NCBI GenBank assembly: GCA_026415435.1
Contig: JAOAHC010000040.1
Location: 137,456 to 201,455, forward strand
DNA: 64,000 nucleotides
Origin: Clostridia bacterium
GTDB taxonomy: Bacteria > Bacillota > Clostridia > TANB77 > CAG-465
Direction: 5' to 3'
Shown here piece after piece: positions 40,568-51,526 of this stretch. The notes under the pieces were generated by a model. That model did not search any database, was not told where the DNA came from, and saw only the letters and a program-made list of their open reading frames with translations. The position numbers and the translations under genes are program-made. Position 1 is the stretch's first letter. Each line of letters begins with the position of its first letter.

Positions 40568-41467
40568 ATGAAACACATAATATGCATCAATCCTGTTGCT
40601 GGTAAAGGGAAAAACGAAAAATTTGGTATTAGAATACAAAAAATACTGAAAAAATATGGTATAGATTCGGAAATTATAGTTTCAAAATACTCTGGACATA
40701 TAACTGAACTCACAAAAGAATATTCGAAAAAACAAACCTGTAGATTCTACAGTGTAGGTGGAGATGGTACATTAAATGAAATTGTATCTGGTATAATAGG
40801 CAGTGAATCTGATATTGTAATTGTACCTTGTGGAACTGGAAATGACTTTATAAAAAGCACATCAAAATATATGAGTATGAGAAAAATTATACTAAACTCT
40901 ATTGGCAAGACTTCGCAGAAAGTAGACGTACTTAAAATAAATAATTTAAACAAATATTGTATAAATATTCTTAGCTGTGGTTTTGATTCAATGGTAGCAA
41001 AAAATGTGGATAAATTCAGAAAAATACCATTCATATCTGGAAAGGTTAAATATAATTTATCTATAATATATACTTTGTTTTCTAACAGAAATTTTAGATT
41101 TAAAATGAGAGTTAAACATAAAGGTGATACTAAAGTTATAAAGCAAAACTATACACTTGTAGCTGTTTCAAACGGCAAATACTACGGCGGTGGTATTTTT
41201 CCTTGTCCAGATGCCAAGGTATCAGATGGAATTATAAATATATGCTTTATTGATAGTACTACAATATTTAAAAAATTAATTCTACTTCCTTATTATAAAA
41301 AAGGAACTCATACTAAATTAAAACAAGCACATTTTTTAGAAACAGAAAACCTATCAATTGTATCAAGTAAAGAATTTCCTGCAAATGTAGATGGAGAAGT
41401 ATTTTATACTAATAAGTTAAGTATATCCATAATACCGAGTGCAGTTAATATTGTATATATAAATTAA
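40568..41467 (+). CDS. Diacylglycerol kinase family (YegS/DgkB-like) lipid kinase
   Basis: INPVAG, GGDGTLNE, PCGTGNDF, NGKYYGGG, DGE. Confidence 0.9.
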   Translation: MKHIICINPVAGKGKNEKFGIRIQKILKKYGIDSEIIVSKYSGHITELTKEYSKKQTCRFYSVGGDGTLNEIVSGIIGSESDIVIVPCGTGNDFIKSTSKYMSMRKIILNSIGKTSQKVDVLKINNLNKYCINILSCGFDSMVAKNVDKFRKIPFISGKVKYNLSIIYTLFSNRNFRFKMRVKHKGDTKVIKQNYTLVAVSNGKYYGGGIFPCPDAKVSDGIINICFIDSTTIFKKLILLPYYKKGTHTKLKQAHFLETENLSIVSSKEFPANVDGEVFYTNKLSISIIPSAVNIVYIN

Positions 41468-41494
41468 CTTAATATATAACACATAATATATATT

Positions 41495-41539
41495 AAAAAT
41501 AGAATGAAGATACCTATAATAACTTCATTCTATTTTTTT
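41495..41539. terminator. Bidirectional terminator
   Basis: AAAAATAGAATGAAG...CTTCATTCTATTTTT. Confidence 0.85.
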
Positions 41540-41546
41540 CTGTATA

Positions 41547-44500
41547 TTACATATACATTTTAATCCTTATATAATCCATATAAACTCTTTTGTTAGCTAC
41601 ATAAGCCCATATTCCAAAATTTTGACTACTAGGTAATGTTGTTATATAACCACTAGTAAGTAAACTGCCATTTTTGTATAGCTCATATGCTTTACTTTTA
41701 TATAAAACAAATCTCCATGTATTATCACCAGATACGAAGTTTCCATTTGAATAAAATGTAGTAATTGTACTTCCATTCATAATATTTAGTGTATCCGCAT
41801 AATCTCTGTGATAATTAATGCTAAATAATCCAAAATTTATATCTGATCTATAATTAGTTCCGTAAGATGCAGAATTAAAATGAAATGATACCTCTACTCT
41901 ATCATAAGTATTGTTATATCCCCAAGTCCTATTATATGTACAAGTAAAATTAGAAGTCCCTGCTGTATGTGTCCAGTAAGTACCAGAATATATACTACCC
42001 TTATCAAAATTATTTACAGTCATTTCATCAATAAGTGCTTCAACAACAACCTGTGTAATTGTCGCACCAGATGTTGTAATTGTAGTATAATATCCATTAT
42101 TATCGTAAATATATATATTTGTTGAATATATACCATATTCATTATTATGATCTGATCTGTTTACCCTATAATACCATGTGCCATTTCCTAAATTTTGACC
42201 ACTAGCAATAGGATTTGTTGACCAATTAGATTGTATGTCATCTTGACCATTATTGTTAGTCCATGTTGGAAATTGAACTCTATTAATTCCACTTGCTGAA
42301 TCAGCTATTCCATATACATATACATCATATCCATCTTCAGTTACATTATTTATAATGTAACTTGTATATGTAGGAGCAGTCGTATCTCTATTTACACTTA
42401 CCATACTTGAATTTGGGCCTATATTACCAGCATTATCAATTGCTCTTATCCAGATATTTCTTTGTCCATCCGTATTTATTACCCATGGACTTGTCACATC
42501 TATCCATCCACTTGTTCCATTTAATGAATATTGATATTTTTGTATACCTGACTGACTATCTGTAGTACTAAATGTAAGTGTTACGTTACTTGATGTCCAT
42601 GATCCACTAGTATAGCCATTTAAATTTACTGTAGGAACTCCTGGGGAAGTCCTATCTATGTTAGTTACAGTTAAAGTAGAAGCTTCACTTGTATTCCCTG
42701 ATGAATCTTTTCCTCTTGCATAGACCGTTGTATTATTTGTTGTAACTACTACTGGTGTTGTATAATTACTCCATGTTGTCCCATTCAAACTATATTCTTT
42801 TACCGTTACATCAGATGGATATGTTATTGTAACTGTTACATTTCCACTAGTCCATCCTGTTGGATTTGCTAACATTATTGGATTATCTGGTGCTGTCACA
42901 TCTTTTTCAAATAGATTAGAATGTGTTATTACCTCGTTTCCTGCTTTATCTTTTCCCTTTATCCATAAATATTGTGACATATTTTCATTACTTGTTAGAG
43001 TTGCTCCATTTGTAAATGTTATCCATCCACTTGTAGGCTCAGTTTCACTTGCAGTCCATATATACTGTAATGATGTATTATCTATTCCACTTCCTCCTAC
43101 ATCTGATACTGTTACCTTTGAACTTAATGATTTGTCAAATCCACCGTTTGGTGAAAATGTTATTGTTGGACTTGCATTATCTATTGCAAAGGTTGTACTG
43201 CTCCTTAAATCATTTCTATTTCCAGATGAATCTTCTATCATTCCTTTTTGTATTTCTATTTTAACTCCAGATATATTTCTTGTAACTTCACTTTCTACCG
43301 TTAAATCCACATACCATTTATGAATATTATTTGGATCCATTCTTACTGTTTTTAATATTTCACTATCCGATATTATTATTGAACCAGTTTTAACTAATAT
43401 ATTTTCTAATATATTTTCTTCTGTTATTATTGTATCATTTAATTCATTTGAATTATCTGTAAATGTTAAACTATATGTAACTATATCTCCAGCCTTTGCA
43501 TAAGTTTTACTTGGCTGTGATATTGTTATTCCAGGTTTTGTTGTATCATACATTACTTCTAAGTAATCTGTATTTGAATCTGTGCTTGATGGTCCCTTAC
43601 TGCAATATGCTTTAAATTTTGTTGTTCTAGTCACATTGGTTATGCTGTAATAATATATCCCGGTATTTTCATCTCTAAGCATATTTATATCATTTTTAGC
43701 TACTAATGTCCATGTTGCTGGTTCTGCTGTTCCTGTCCATCTTTTATAATACATATATTCTGATTCTTTTGGGTATGATATTACTACTTTTTCTCCCACT
43801 CTTAATGTTACACCATTATTCTCATATTCAGGAAAGTCTATATCTGTACCATATGGATTATCTGACCCCATTCCTTCTTCTACTATTCTTGATGTTATAT
43901 ATATACTTGGATCAGTTACTCTGTCTGGCATTGCTTCTATATCTTCTTTTATTGTTAGAACCGGTCTAAAACCTACGCCACCAGATCCATACCCTGAATA
44001 ACTCCTATATGAGTACATTCCTATCCTTGCATTTTGAGATGTACCAGGTCTTAATCCTCCTCTTAGTATAAATGGTGCTGAGTTTTGTGGATACACACTA
44101 TAGTCACCATACCAGCTACTATATGAATTTACATTTGTATTTAATATTTTATATAACGATGCTCCACTGGTATTATATACACCTTTATCTGCTAAACTTG
44201 ATAACAACTCATAGTTTTGACTTGATATATTTTGTCTTACAGTCGCATTAGGTAATTTTGCTGAATTATCTTTATCCAATTGTGACGAAGGATATTTATC
44301 AAAGTATTTATCTAATCCACTATATACTCCACCTGTATATTTTATATATCTATGATTATTGTTAACATATGAAGCGACCATTTCTTCTGATCCTCCTGCC
44401 ATATCATAAATTCCATATACATTTTTTGTTGTACTTGCATTTACTCCATATTTTGTATTATCATACGCAAATGTAGTTGTATTTAAAGCTGCACCGTACG

Positions 44501-46229
44501 TTGGTGTTGCTGTCTTTCCTGAATAACCTGTTCTCAAATAGTAATTATTATTTATCCATACTTCTTCGCCATTTCTTCCATATTTACTTTGTGTTAAATA
44601 TTCTATTGCATCCCACTCTCTGTTTTTTATCAAATGAGTATCAATGCTTATTCCGTCCGTTCCAAATCCATATTTACTATCTGTTTTCATATTTATACAA
44701 TAGTTAAAAGCATCTTTTAATGCTATAAGTCTCCAGCTTCCAACTCCTGGTTTTACTTGTATTCTATATTTTGTCTTATTATTTGCATCTTTATATGTAG
44801 CTCTGCTCGCCTCAAACTTCGCTACCCATATACCTTGTAACTGAAGTTTCTCCCCTTCTTTTGGTTCTACTTCAAACGCTGATGCTAAAGTGTATCCTGT
44901 TGGTGCATCTGCACTTCCTTGTATGAATTTTATATCTACTACTCCAGCACTACTACTATGTGTCCCACTTGTTATCTTATATGCAAACCTTGGTATCCAT
45001 ACCCACATACTTCCGTCACTACTTTGCGCATTTGCCCAATACTGTGATTCTGTCTTATATGAGTACCATGATTTATCTAGATTAGTTACTTCTATCCATT
45101 GATTCCCTGTCCACTCTACTGGTTTTAATATTTTTTCTGTGCTGTTTTCACCTTTTGTAAGCAGTGGCTCATTTCCTTCATTTCCACTATCCCATTTAGC
45201 ATTTATATCTATATATGGTTCATCTCCTATTGTTATTATCTCTATTGTTGCCTCTGACTGTCCATATGTATTTATCGCCTTTGCATATATTGTTCCATTC
45301 GTATTTACCACAAATGGTGAACTATACGATGAATATGTTTCTCCATCAAAACTATATTGTACTACATCTGCATTTCTTGTATTTATTGTTACTGTAACAT
45401 TTCCAGAGGGCTTATTCGCTATAGTTTGTTCTGGATTTGTTACTATAGATATATCTGGTTCCTTCTTTATATTTACTATATCTAATTGATCTGTAACTTC
45501 TCCTGCTGCATTTAAAGCTCTTCCATATACTACTCCATTATCATATACCTTGAAACTACCTTGATACAAGCTATATGTTTCTCCATCTAAGCTATACTCT
45601 ACTTTATTCGCATTATTTGCTGTTAACTTTACATTTACTTCTGTTGTAGATCCAGCCTCTTCTTCTTGAGCTGGTGTTGCTTCCATTTGTAGTGTAGGTA
45701 ATACTTCCTCCCTTGCTACTTCTGTTCCTCCGTATACACTATACCATCTTTTATTTCCTATATCTTGTCCTTGCTCATAAAATATTTTACCCGTATCCAT
45801 ATCTTGTATTATACTTGCACTTTTTGTTATATATCCACCCTCAGTTGTAGGCCCACTATTTATATTTAATTCCAAATCAGATAGCTTTACGTAGTATAAT
45901 TTACCTTGTTTGGTATCTATAGTTGTACTTAACACTTGCTCCATATGTGTTATTAGATCAGCTGATAATGTTGATATATCAACTATTCCCGCTTCTCCTT
46001 TATCCGTATCTATAGGATTTATATTATTATCTTGATTGTTTGCATATTTACTTGTTTTATATAAATTTATAGCTTGCTCTATACTATTCATATCATTCAT
46101 AAATCTTGCTTTTGATGCAGATTCTCCTATACCATTTGATGCAGTAAGTATTACAGCTGTAGCTATTATAACTATAACTATTATCGTTATTATTAAAGTT
46201 ATTAGTGATATTCCTCTTATATTTTTCAT
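41547..46229 (-). CDS. Giant prepilin-type mosaic surface protein, 1560 aa: pilin-like head, Ig-like repeats, CLec/FGE-like domain, GBS Bsp-like repeat, C-terminal beta-rich domain
   Basis: RG|ISLITLIITIIVIVII; YSLDG/YSLNG repeats; WANAQSSDGSMWVWIPRF...GIYDMAGG..E...RGG...GFRPVL; VQFPTWT..NGQDDI...SDHNNE.G.Y. Confidence 0.8.
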   Translation of the reverse strand: MKNIRGISLITLIITIIVIVIIATAVILTASNGIGESASKARFMNDMNSIEQAINLYKTSKYANNQDNNINPIDTDKGEAGIVDISTLSADLITHMEQVLSTTIDTKQGKLYYVKLSDLELNINSGPTTEGGYITKSASIIQDMDTGKIFYEQGQDIGNKRWYSVYGGTEVAREEVLPTLQMEATPAQEEEAGSTTEVNVKLTANNANKVEYSLDGETYSLYQGSFKVYDNGVVYGRALNAAGEVTDQLDIVNIKKEPDISIVTNPEQTIANKPSGNVTVTINTRNADVVQYSFDGETYSSYSSPFVVNTNGTIYAKAINTYGQSEATIEIITIGDEPYIDINAKWDSGNEGNEPLLTKGENSTEKILKPVEWTGNQWIEVTNLDKSWYSYKTESQYWANAQSSDGSMWVWIPRFAYKITSGTHSSSAGVVDIKFIQGSADAPTGYTLASAFEVEPKEGEKLQLQGIWVAKFEASRATYKDANNKTKYRIQVKPGVGSWRLIALKDAFNYCINMKTDSKYGFGTDGISIDTHLIKNREWDAIEYLTQSKYGRNGEEVWINNNYYLRTGYSGKTATPTYGAALNTTTFAYDNTKYGVNASTTKNVYGIYDMAGGSEEMVASYVNNNHRYIKYTGGVYSGLDKYFDKYPSSQLDKDNSAKLPNATVRQNISSQNYELLSSLADKGVYNTSGASLYKILNTNVNSYSSWYGDYSVYPQNSAPFILRGGLRPGTSQNARIGMYSYRSYSGYGSGGVGFRPVLTIKEDIEAMPDRVTDPSIYITSRIVEEGMGSDNPYGTDIDFPEYENNGVTLRVGEKVVISYPKESEYMYYKRWTGTAEPATWTLVAKNDINMLRDENTGIYYYSITNVTRTTKFKAYCSKGPSSTDSNTDYLEVMYDTTKPGITISQPSKTYAKAGDIVTYSLTFTDNSNELNDTIITEENILENILVKTGSIIISDSEILKTVRMDPNNIHKWYVDLTVESEVTRNISGVKIEIQKGMIEDSSGNRNDLRSSTTFAIDNASPTITFSPNGGFDKSLSSKVTVSDVGGSGIDNTSLQYIWTASETEPTSGWITFTNGATLTSNENMSQYLWIKGKDKAGNEVITHSNLFEKDVTAPDNPIMLANPTGWTSGNVTVTITYPSDVTVKEYSLNGTTWSNYTTPVVVTTNNTTVYARGKDSSGNTSEASTLTVTNIDRTSPGVPTVNLNGYTSGSWTSSNVTLTFSTTDSQSGIQKYQYSLNGTSGWIDVTSPWVINTDGQRNIWIRAIDNAGNIGPNSSMVSVNRDTTAPTYTSYIINNVTEDGYDVYVYGIADSASGINRVQFPTWTNNNGQDDIQSNWSTNPIASGQNLGNGTWYYRVNRSDHNNEYGIYSTNIYIYDNNGYYTTITTSGATITQVVVEALIDEMTVNNFDKGSIYSGTYWTHTAGTSNFTCTYNRTWGYNNTYDRVEVSFHFNSASYGTNYRSDINFGLFSINYHRDYADTLNIMNGSTITTFYSNGNFVSGDNTWRFVLYKSKAYELYKNGSLLTSGYITTLPSSQNFGIWAYVANKRVYMDYIRIKMYM

Positions 46230-46294
46230 ATTTTATCCCTCTTATACTTGTACAAAACTCTCACAAAATATTTATTTTTGTATTACACATACAT

Positions 46295-46323
46295 ATTCTA
46301 TAGTATATTAAATATATTGTCAA
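46295..46323 (-). promoter_or_regulatory. SigA promoter of the giant pilin-like gene
   Basis: TTGACA, 17 bp spacer, TAGAAT. Confidence 0.7.
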
Positions 46324-46360
46324 CCCTATTTTATATTTACTTTTCAGTTTATATTAAATG

Positions 46361-46403
46361 AAAAAAGAGAATGAGAATAATAGTATTATTCTCATAACTC
46401 TTT
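46361..46403 (-). terminator. Terminator
   Basis: AAAGAG..ATGAGAATAA / TTATTCTCAT..CTCTTT with an A run. Confidence 0.65.
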
Positions 46404-46448
46404 ACACATTTTTAATAAAGTTTTATATATTAATATTTACATTCTTTT

Positions 46449-46811
46449 TTAATTTCTTACAAAAATCCAAGAATCCTGCTTATGTTTTTCCATAGGCATA
46501 CGAGTTATATTAATTCTTGCTAATTTTTCATTTTCAATACTTTTCCATATAAAATCTAATATAAAAGTACCGAATATTAAAAACTCGATTTTCTCTTTTT
46601 TAGTAATACAAGATACTAAATAAAGTGTACATGAATCCTTTAATATGCCTTCACCTATATGTTCTTTTATTGCATTTTTCCAAATTTCATGTGTTATTAT
46701 TTCAAAAAAGGAATTCTTATTAAAAATAACAATATTAATATTTTTCTTTCTTTCTCCTATTGCAACAAATTCATCAACTTTTTTTCTTGTCTTGCTCCTT
46801 TTCCATAGCAT
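46449..46811 (-). CDS. Hypothetical protein, about 120 aa
   Basis: GGGGAG RBS before the ATG at 46811; no recognised motif. Confidence 0.6.
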   Translation of the reverse strand: MLWKRSKTRKKVDEFVAIGERKKNINIVIFNKNSFFEIITHEIWKNAIKEHIGEGILKDSCTLYLVSCITKKEKIEFLIFGTFILDFIWKSIENEKLARINITRMPMEKHKQDSWIFVRN

Positions 46812-46914
46812 GTCTACTCCCCCTAAAGTCTTATTTTGGAAATTAATATAGTTGTACACATTATATCACATATTTTATATCATGTATAGCTATATACATA
46901 ATATTTTTATCTAT

Positions 46915-47436
46915 CTAACTTATAATTGACTTCTTATTTATCTCTAGAGTTTTAGATGTAATATTTATTAGCAATTCTTCAATTGAAAAAACAAGTGCTA
47001 CTGTGCAAATAGTGTAAATTATTAAATCATGATTTAGTTTATTAATAAAATATGGAAATAAAAATAATATTAATCCTATGATTTTATTACCATATGTATG
47101 TAATATAGCAAATGTTTTGTATTTTTTAAATATAAGAATTATTGATGAACATTTAATTATTAATATAATTCCTATATATACTATATACGTTATTTCTCCT
47201 AATATAATTGGATATATAATTATAGCCATTACAATAAAAAATATAAGATCAGCTATCGTATCTAATTTTGCACCAAATTTGCTTTCAGTTTTTGTCTTTC
47301 TTGCTATATATCCATCTGCTATATCTGTAAGCCCACAAATAGTATAAATTATTAAAAATATTATACTAAATGGTTTTAAAAACAGTAGAATTATGGATAG
47401 TATTATCCTTGACATTGTTATACTATTAGCTAACAT
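46915..47436 (-). CDS. CDP-alcohol phosphatidyltransferase family protein
   Basis: ANSIT.SR and DIADGYIARK...FGAKLDTIAD. Confidence 0.9.
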   Translation of the reverse strand: MLANSITMSRIILSIILLFLKPFSIIFLIIYTICGLTDIADGYIARKTKTESKFGAKLDTIADLIFFIVMAIIIYPIILGEITYIVYIGIILIIKCSSIILIFKKYKTFAILHTYGNKIIGLILFLFPYFINKLNHDLIIYTICTVALVFSIEELLINITSKTLEINKKSIIS

Positions 47437-47506
47437 TTTATCCCCCTATCACATAAATACACTCATATAGAATAATCCTCTATATGAGCGTATAAATATA
47501 TTTAAA

Positions 47507-49018
47507 TTATTCACCTTTTATCGGTTTCATTGTTGGGAAGAAAATTACGTCACGAATAGAGTAACTGTCTGTAAGTAGCATTACTAATCTGTCTATACCT
47601 ATACCCATACCACCTGTTGGAGGCATACCATATTCAAGGGCATTTACAAAATCTTCATCCATCATACTTGCTTCTTCGTTACCATTTTCTCTTTCTTTCA
47701 CTTGATCTATAAATCTTTGTTTTTGATCTATTGGATCATTTAATTCTGAATAAGCACAGCCATACTCTCTTCCTGCTATAACTATATCAAATCTTTCAGT
47801 AAGTCTTGGATCACTTTCTTTTTTCTTTGTAAGTGGAGAAATTTCTATAGGTGCATCACATACAAAAGTAGGATTTACTATTGTGTGTTCAACTTTCTCT
47901 TCATACACTGTATTTAAAGCAACACCCCAAGAAGCATCTTCTGCTATCTCTAAACCAAGTTTTTTAACTTCAGCTACAGCCTCTTTATCAGAAGTTATTT
48001 TATTAAAATCTAATCCTGTAACTTCTTTTACTACATCTAACATAGTTATTCTTCTCCAGTTAGGTGTTAGATCTATTTCTTTCCCTTGATATGAAATTTT
48101 TGTAGTTCCAAGTATCTTTTGAGCTAACCCAGATACCATCTTTTCTGCTAAATCCATCATATCGTTATAGTCTTTATATGCATCATACAACTCGATAGAT
48201 GTAAATTCAGGATTATGTCTTACTGATATTCCTTCATTTCTAAATATTCTACCTATTTCGTATACTTTATTAAATCCACCTACTATAAGTCTTTTTAAGT
48301 GTAATTCAGTAGCAATTCTTAGATACATGTCCATATCAAGTGCATTATGATGAGTTGTAAATGGTTTTGCTGATGCTCCACCTGATATTGTATTTAATAT
48401 AGGTGTTTCAACTTCTAAAAATCCCATAGAATCTAAATAGTTTCTTATTTCCGCTATTATTTTACTTCTTTTTATAAAAGTGTTTTTAACATCCTCATTT
48501 ACTATAAGATCTACGTATCTTTGTCTGTATCTTAAATCAACGTCTTTTAATCCATGCCATTTTTCTGGAAGTGGTCTTAGTGATTTTGATAAAAGTTTAA
48601 TCTCAGTCACTTTTAGAGATATTTCACCCATATGAGTTTTAAACACACTACCACAAACCCAAACTATATCTCCCATATCATATTTTTTGAAATCTTCATA
48701 TGATTCTTTACCAATTTCATCTAATTTAACATATAATTGAATTCTTCCTTGAAGATCTTGAATATCAGCAAAAGAAGCTTTTCCCATTGAACGTTTAGAC
48801 ATAATTCTTCCAGCTATTTTTACATGTTTTTCTTCAGATTCATTAAAGTTATCTTTAATATCTTGTGTGTATTCATTAACTTCACATTTAGTGATGCTAA
48901 ATGGATCTTTACCATTTGCTTGTAAATCTCTTAGTTTTTCTAATCTTACTTCTATAAGTTTATTTGTATCTTGTAATTCTTCATTACTTACATTAATATT
49001 TTCGTTCACTACAAACAC
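47507..49018 (-). CDS. lysS: Lysyl-tRNA synthetase (class II)
   Basis: [43 protein letters not shown]. Confidence 0.98.
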   Translation of the reverse strand: MFVVNENINVSNEELQDTNKLIEVRLEKLRDLQANGKDPFSITKCEVNEYTQDIKDNFNESEEKHVKIAGRIMSKRSMGKASFADIQDLQGRIQLYVKLDEIGKESYEDFKKYDMGDIVWVCGSVFKTHMGEISLKVTEIKLLSKSLRPLPEKWHGLKDVDLRYRQRYVDLIVNEDVKNTFIKRSKIIAEIRNYLDSMGFLEVETPILNTISGGASAKPFTTHHNALDMDMYLRIATELHLKRLIVGGFNKVYEIGRIFRNEGISVRHNPEFTSIELYDAYKDYNDMMDLAEKMVSGLAQKILGTTKISYQGKEIDLTPNWRRITMLDVVKEVTGLDFNKITSDKEAVAEVKKLGLEIAEDASWGVALNTVYEEKVEHTIVNPTFVCDAPIEISPLTKKKESDPRLTERFDIVIAGREYGCAYSELNDPIDQKQRFIDQVKERENGNEEASMMDEDFVNALEYGMPPTGGMGIGIDRLVMLLTDSYSIRDVIFFPTMKPIKGE

Positions 49019-49029
49019 TTCCTTTATTT

Positions 49030-49524
49030 CTATTGTCTTGTTATATTAAGTATTTTATACTTCATAATTCCGCCTGGAGTTTCAACTTCAACTTCATCAT
49101 TTTTCTTTTTGCCCATAAGAGCTTTTCCAACTGGAGATTCATTTGATATTTTATTTTCAGCAATATCTACTTCAGCAGCTCCTACAATACTGTACTCAAT
49201 ATCTTCATCGTATTCATAATCGTGTACTTTTACAACTACACCAACGCCTACTTTTTTTATTGATACATCATCATCATCTACAACTTTTGCAAGTCTTAAT
49301 GTATTTTCTATTTCCAATATTTTAGATTCAAGCAATGCTTGTTCATTTTTAGCTTCATCATATTCTGAGTTTTCAGAAATATCCCCAAATTCTCTAGCAA
49401 CTTTTATTCTTTCAGCTACTTCCATTTTTTTAGGTCCTTTAAGGTATGCTAACTGTTCTTCTAATTTCTTATATCCGTCCTCTGTTAATACAATTTCTCT
49501 TTCTTCCATGTGAATTCCTCCCAA
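49030..49524 (-). CDS. greA: Transcription elongation factor GreA
   Basis: [28 protein letters not shown]. The true start is probably the second Met (MEEREI). Confidence 0.97.
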   Translation of the reverse strand: MGGIHMEEREIVLTEDGYKKLEEQLAYLKGPKKMEVAERIKVAREFGDISENSEYDEAKNEQALLESKILEIENTLRLAKVVDDDDVSIKKVGVGVVVKVHDYEYDEDIEYSIVGAAEVDIAENKISNESPVGKALMGKKKNDEVEVETPGGIMKYKILNITRQ

Positions 49525-49538
49525 ATTAATAATTAATA

Positions 49539-50462
49539 TTATATACTATCTGTCAATATATTATCTTTTAAACAAAAACCTATATCTAATTTATTAAATC
49601 TATTAATATTTATAATACTATACTCATAAATTTTAAACTCGTTGTTTTTATACGCAATATAGTTCTCATCAAATTCATCATCAACTGATGTAAAATCTAT
49701 AAACTTAGACTTTTTGTTTATAATATACTTACCAATATTATCTTTATTTAAATCAAAGTTTACATATACATTATAGTCAATTAACTTTTTTTTATCTATT
49801 ATATCAACTATAGTACCATATTCTTTATTTATATCATTTACCCTTTTATCTATCATTTTATCTTTTATGCCTACCTTTAATATATCTACATATTTAAATT
49901 TTTCAATATACTGTAGTAATCTTACACTATCAAAATTATTTTGACTTCTAATCATCCATAAAACCTTAACTTTTTCAGCCTTAATATTTTCTTCATCGAT
50001 ATATTTGTCAATAATTTTAATATCATGATTTTTAATATTACTTTGTATATCTATATATTCTATGTTTTTAATAGATAGTAAACTTTTGAAATATTCATAA
50101 TATTCTTTATTTTCTTTAATTACTCCACTAAATACAGCTATATTTTTACTATTAGTTATTTTATCTACAATATATAAAAAGTCTTCTTTAAATAATTTAT
50201 TTAAAAACTTATGATAGATGTTTTTTATAGTATATTTAATATCTTTTACACTGATTTTTTTAGTATTGTTAAAATCACTTATAAACTTATTAATAAATAT
50301 ACTATTTATTGCTATATATTTAAATATTCCATAATCAACTACCAAAATATTCTTTTTTGAATATTTATTGTTTTTTCTCTTAATTATCTTTTTTATATTT
50401 TCATCTACTGTATCGAAATCAAAAATATCTAATAAAATACTCGACATATAAACTTCCTCCAC
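49539..50462 (-). CDS. Hypothetical Lys/Ile/Asn-rich protein
   Basis: A 307-codon ORF filling the cdaA-greA interval; no motif recognised. Confidence 0.65.
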   Translation of the reverse strand: MEEVYMSSILLDIFDFDTVDENIKKIIKRKNNKYSKKNILVVDYGIFKYIAINSIFINKFISDFNNTKKISVKDIKYTIKNIYHKFLNKLFKEDFLYIVDKITNSKNIAVFSGVIKENKEYYEYFKSLLSIKNIEYIDIQSNIKNHDIKIIDKYIDEENIKAEKVKVLWMIRSQNNFDSVRLLQYIEKFKYVDILKVGIKDKMIDKRVNDINKEYGTIVDIIDKKKLIDYNVYVNFDLNKDNIGKYIINKKSKFIDFTSVDDEFDENYIAYKNNEFKIYEYSIININRFNKLDIGFCLKDNILTDSI

Positions 50463-50519
50463 ATAACAAATGTTATATACCTCGTTTATATGTTCTATAC
50501 TTTAAAAATATTACAATAA

Positions 50520-51377
50520 TTAGTTTTTGTGTTTAAATCTTGACGTCTTACTTAGTACAGTTCTATCTAATTTTTTATTTAATAAATCTTTTAAGCTATC
50601 TCCTGTTAAGTCACGCTTTAGCTTTCCGTTTTCAGCAACTGATATTATACCTGTTTCTTCAGAAACAACAACTACTATTGCATCAGATATTTCAGTAATA
50701 CCTATTGCAGCTCTATGCCTTGTCCCAAGGGATTTTGGAACGTTGTTTTCAGATGCAAGTGGTAGTATGCACTTTGCTGCAGCTATCTCACCTTTTTCTA
50801 TTACAACTGCTCCATCATGAAGTGGTGTACGTGGCATAAAGATATTTTGTAGTAATTCGTTGGATACTTTAGCAGACAAAGTAATACCTTCTTTTAATAC
50901 CTCAGAAATTTTTGTATTTCTTTCTATTACTATTAAAGATCCTATTTTTTTAAGAGACATTATTTCTACTGCTTTTACAATTTCAGATATATTATGTTTT
51001 ACCATTATATTATCTTCCATATCAAATACATCAACAAACTTATTTCTACCTATCTTCTCAAATGCGCTTCTAAGTTCTGGTTGAAATATAACTATAAAAA
51101 GAAGCATACCGTAAGTCATTATATTTGTAAGTATAAAGTTAAGTATTACCATATCAAATATTTTTGATACTATTAGAAGCACTAGTAATATTAGAATTCC
51201 CTTAAAAATTTGCTCCGCCCTTGTTTGTTTTATTATTCTAAAAACATAGTAAACTATAAATGCTACTACTGCAATGTCTATTATTAAAATAACTACTCTA
51301 ATTGGGCTAGTAAGATTTAAAATAGTACCTAGCTTGTATACTATATCAATAAATTTAAGCCAAACATTTTCTAACAT
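50520..51377 (-). CDS. cdaA: Diadenylate cyclase
   Basis: N-terminal TM helices, IFQPELR, TPLHDGAV, LGTRHRAA, VSEETG. Confidence 0.96.
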   Translation of the reverse strand: MLENVWLKFIDIVYKLGTILNLTSPIRVVILIIDIAVVAFIVYYVFRIIKQTRAEQIFKGILILLVLLIVSKIFDMVILNFILTNIMTYGMLLFIVIFQPELRSAFEKIGRNKFVDVFDMEDNIMVKHNISEIVKAVEIMSLKKIGSLIVIERNTKISEVLKEGITLSAKVSNELLQNIFMPRTPLHDGAVVIEKGEIAAAKCILPLASENNVPKSLGTRHRAAIGITEISDAIVVVVSEETGIISVAENGKLKRDLTGDSLKDLLNKKLDRTVLSKTSRFKHKN

Positions 51378-51398
51378 AGGTTACATACCCCCATACTA

Positions 51399-51500
51399 CT
51401 ATATATTTTGAATTGAAGATATTAACACTGCAAACACTGAGAATAGCATCATTATTATCATAATTCCTATAACTGTATATTTCAAAATATTTTTCTTCAT
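51399..51500 (-). CDS. 33-aa single-TM small protein (DUF4044-like; not in ORF track)
   Basis: Hand translation MKKNILKYTVIGIMIIMMLFSVFAVLISSIQNI; AGGTGA RBS; fills the glyQS-cdaA gap. Confidence 0.75.
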   Translation of the reverse strand: MKKNILKYTVIGIMIIMMLFSVFAVLISSIQNI

Positions 51501-51526
51501 TTCTTTCACCTATCCTACTTTAACAA

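Noticed and set aside
4990..44120. DGR template/variable repeat pair between the two CLec regions (shared AACCGGTCTAAAAC)
   Set aside because: Identity is limited to short conserved codon blocks, differences are not adenine-specific, both copies are coding, and no reverse transcriptase is in the window.
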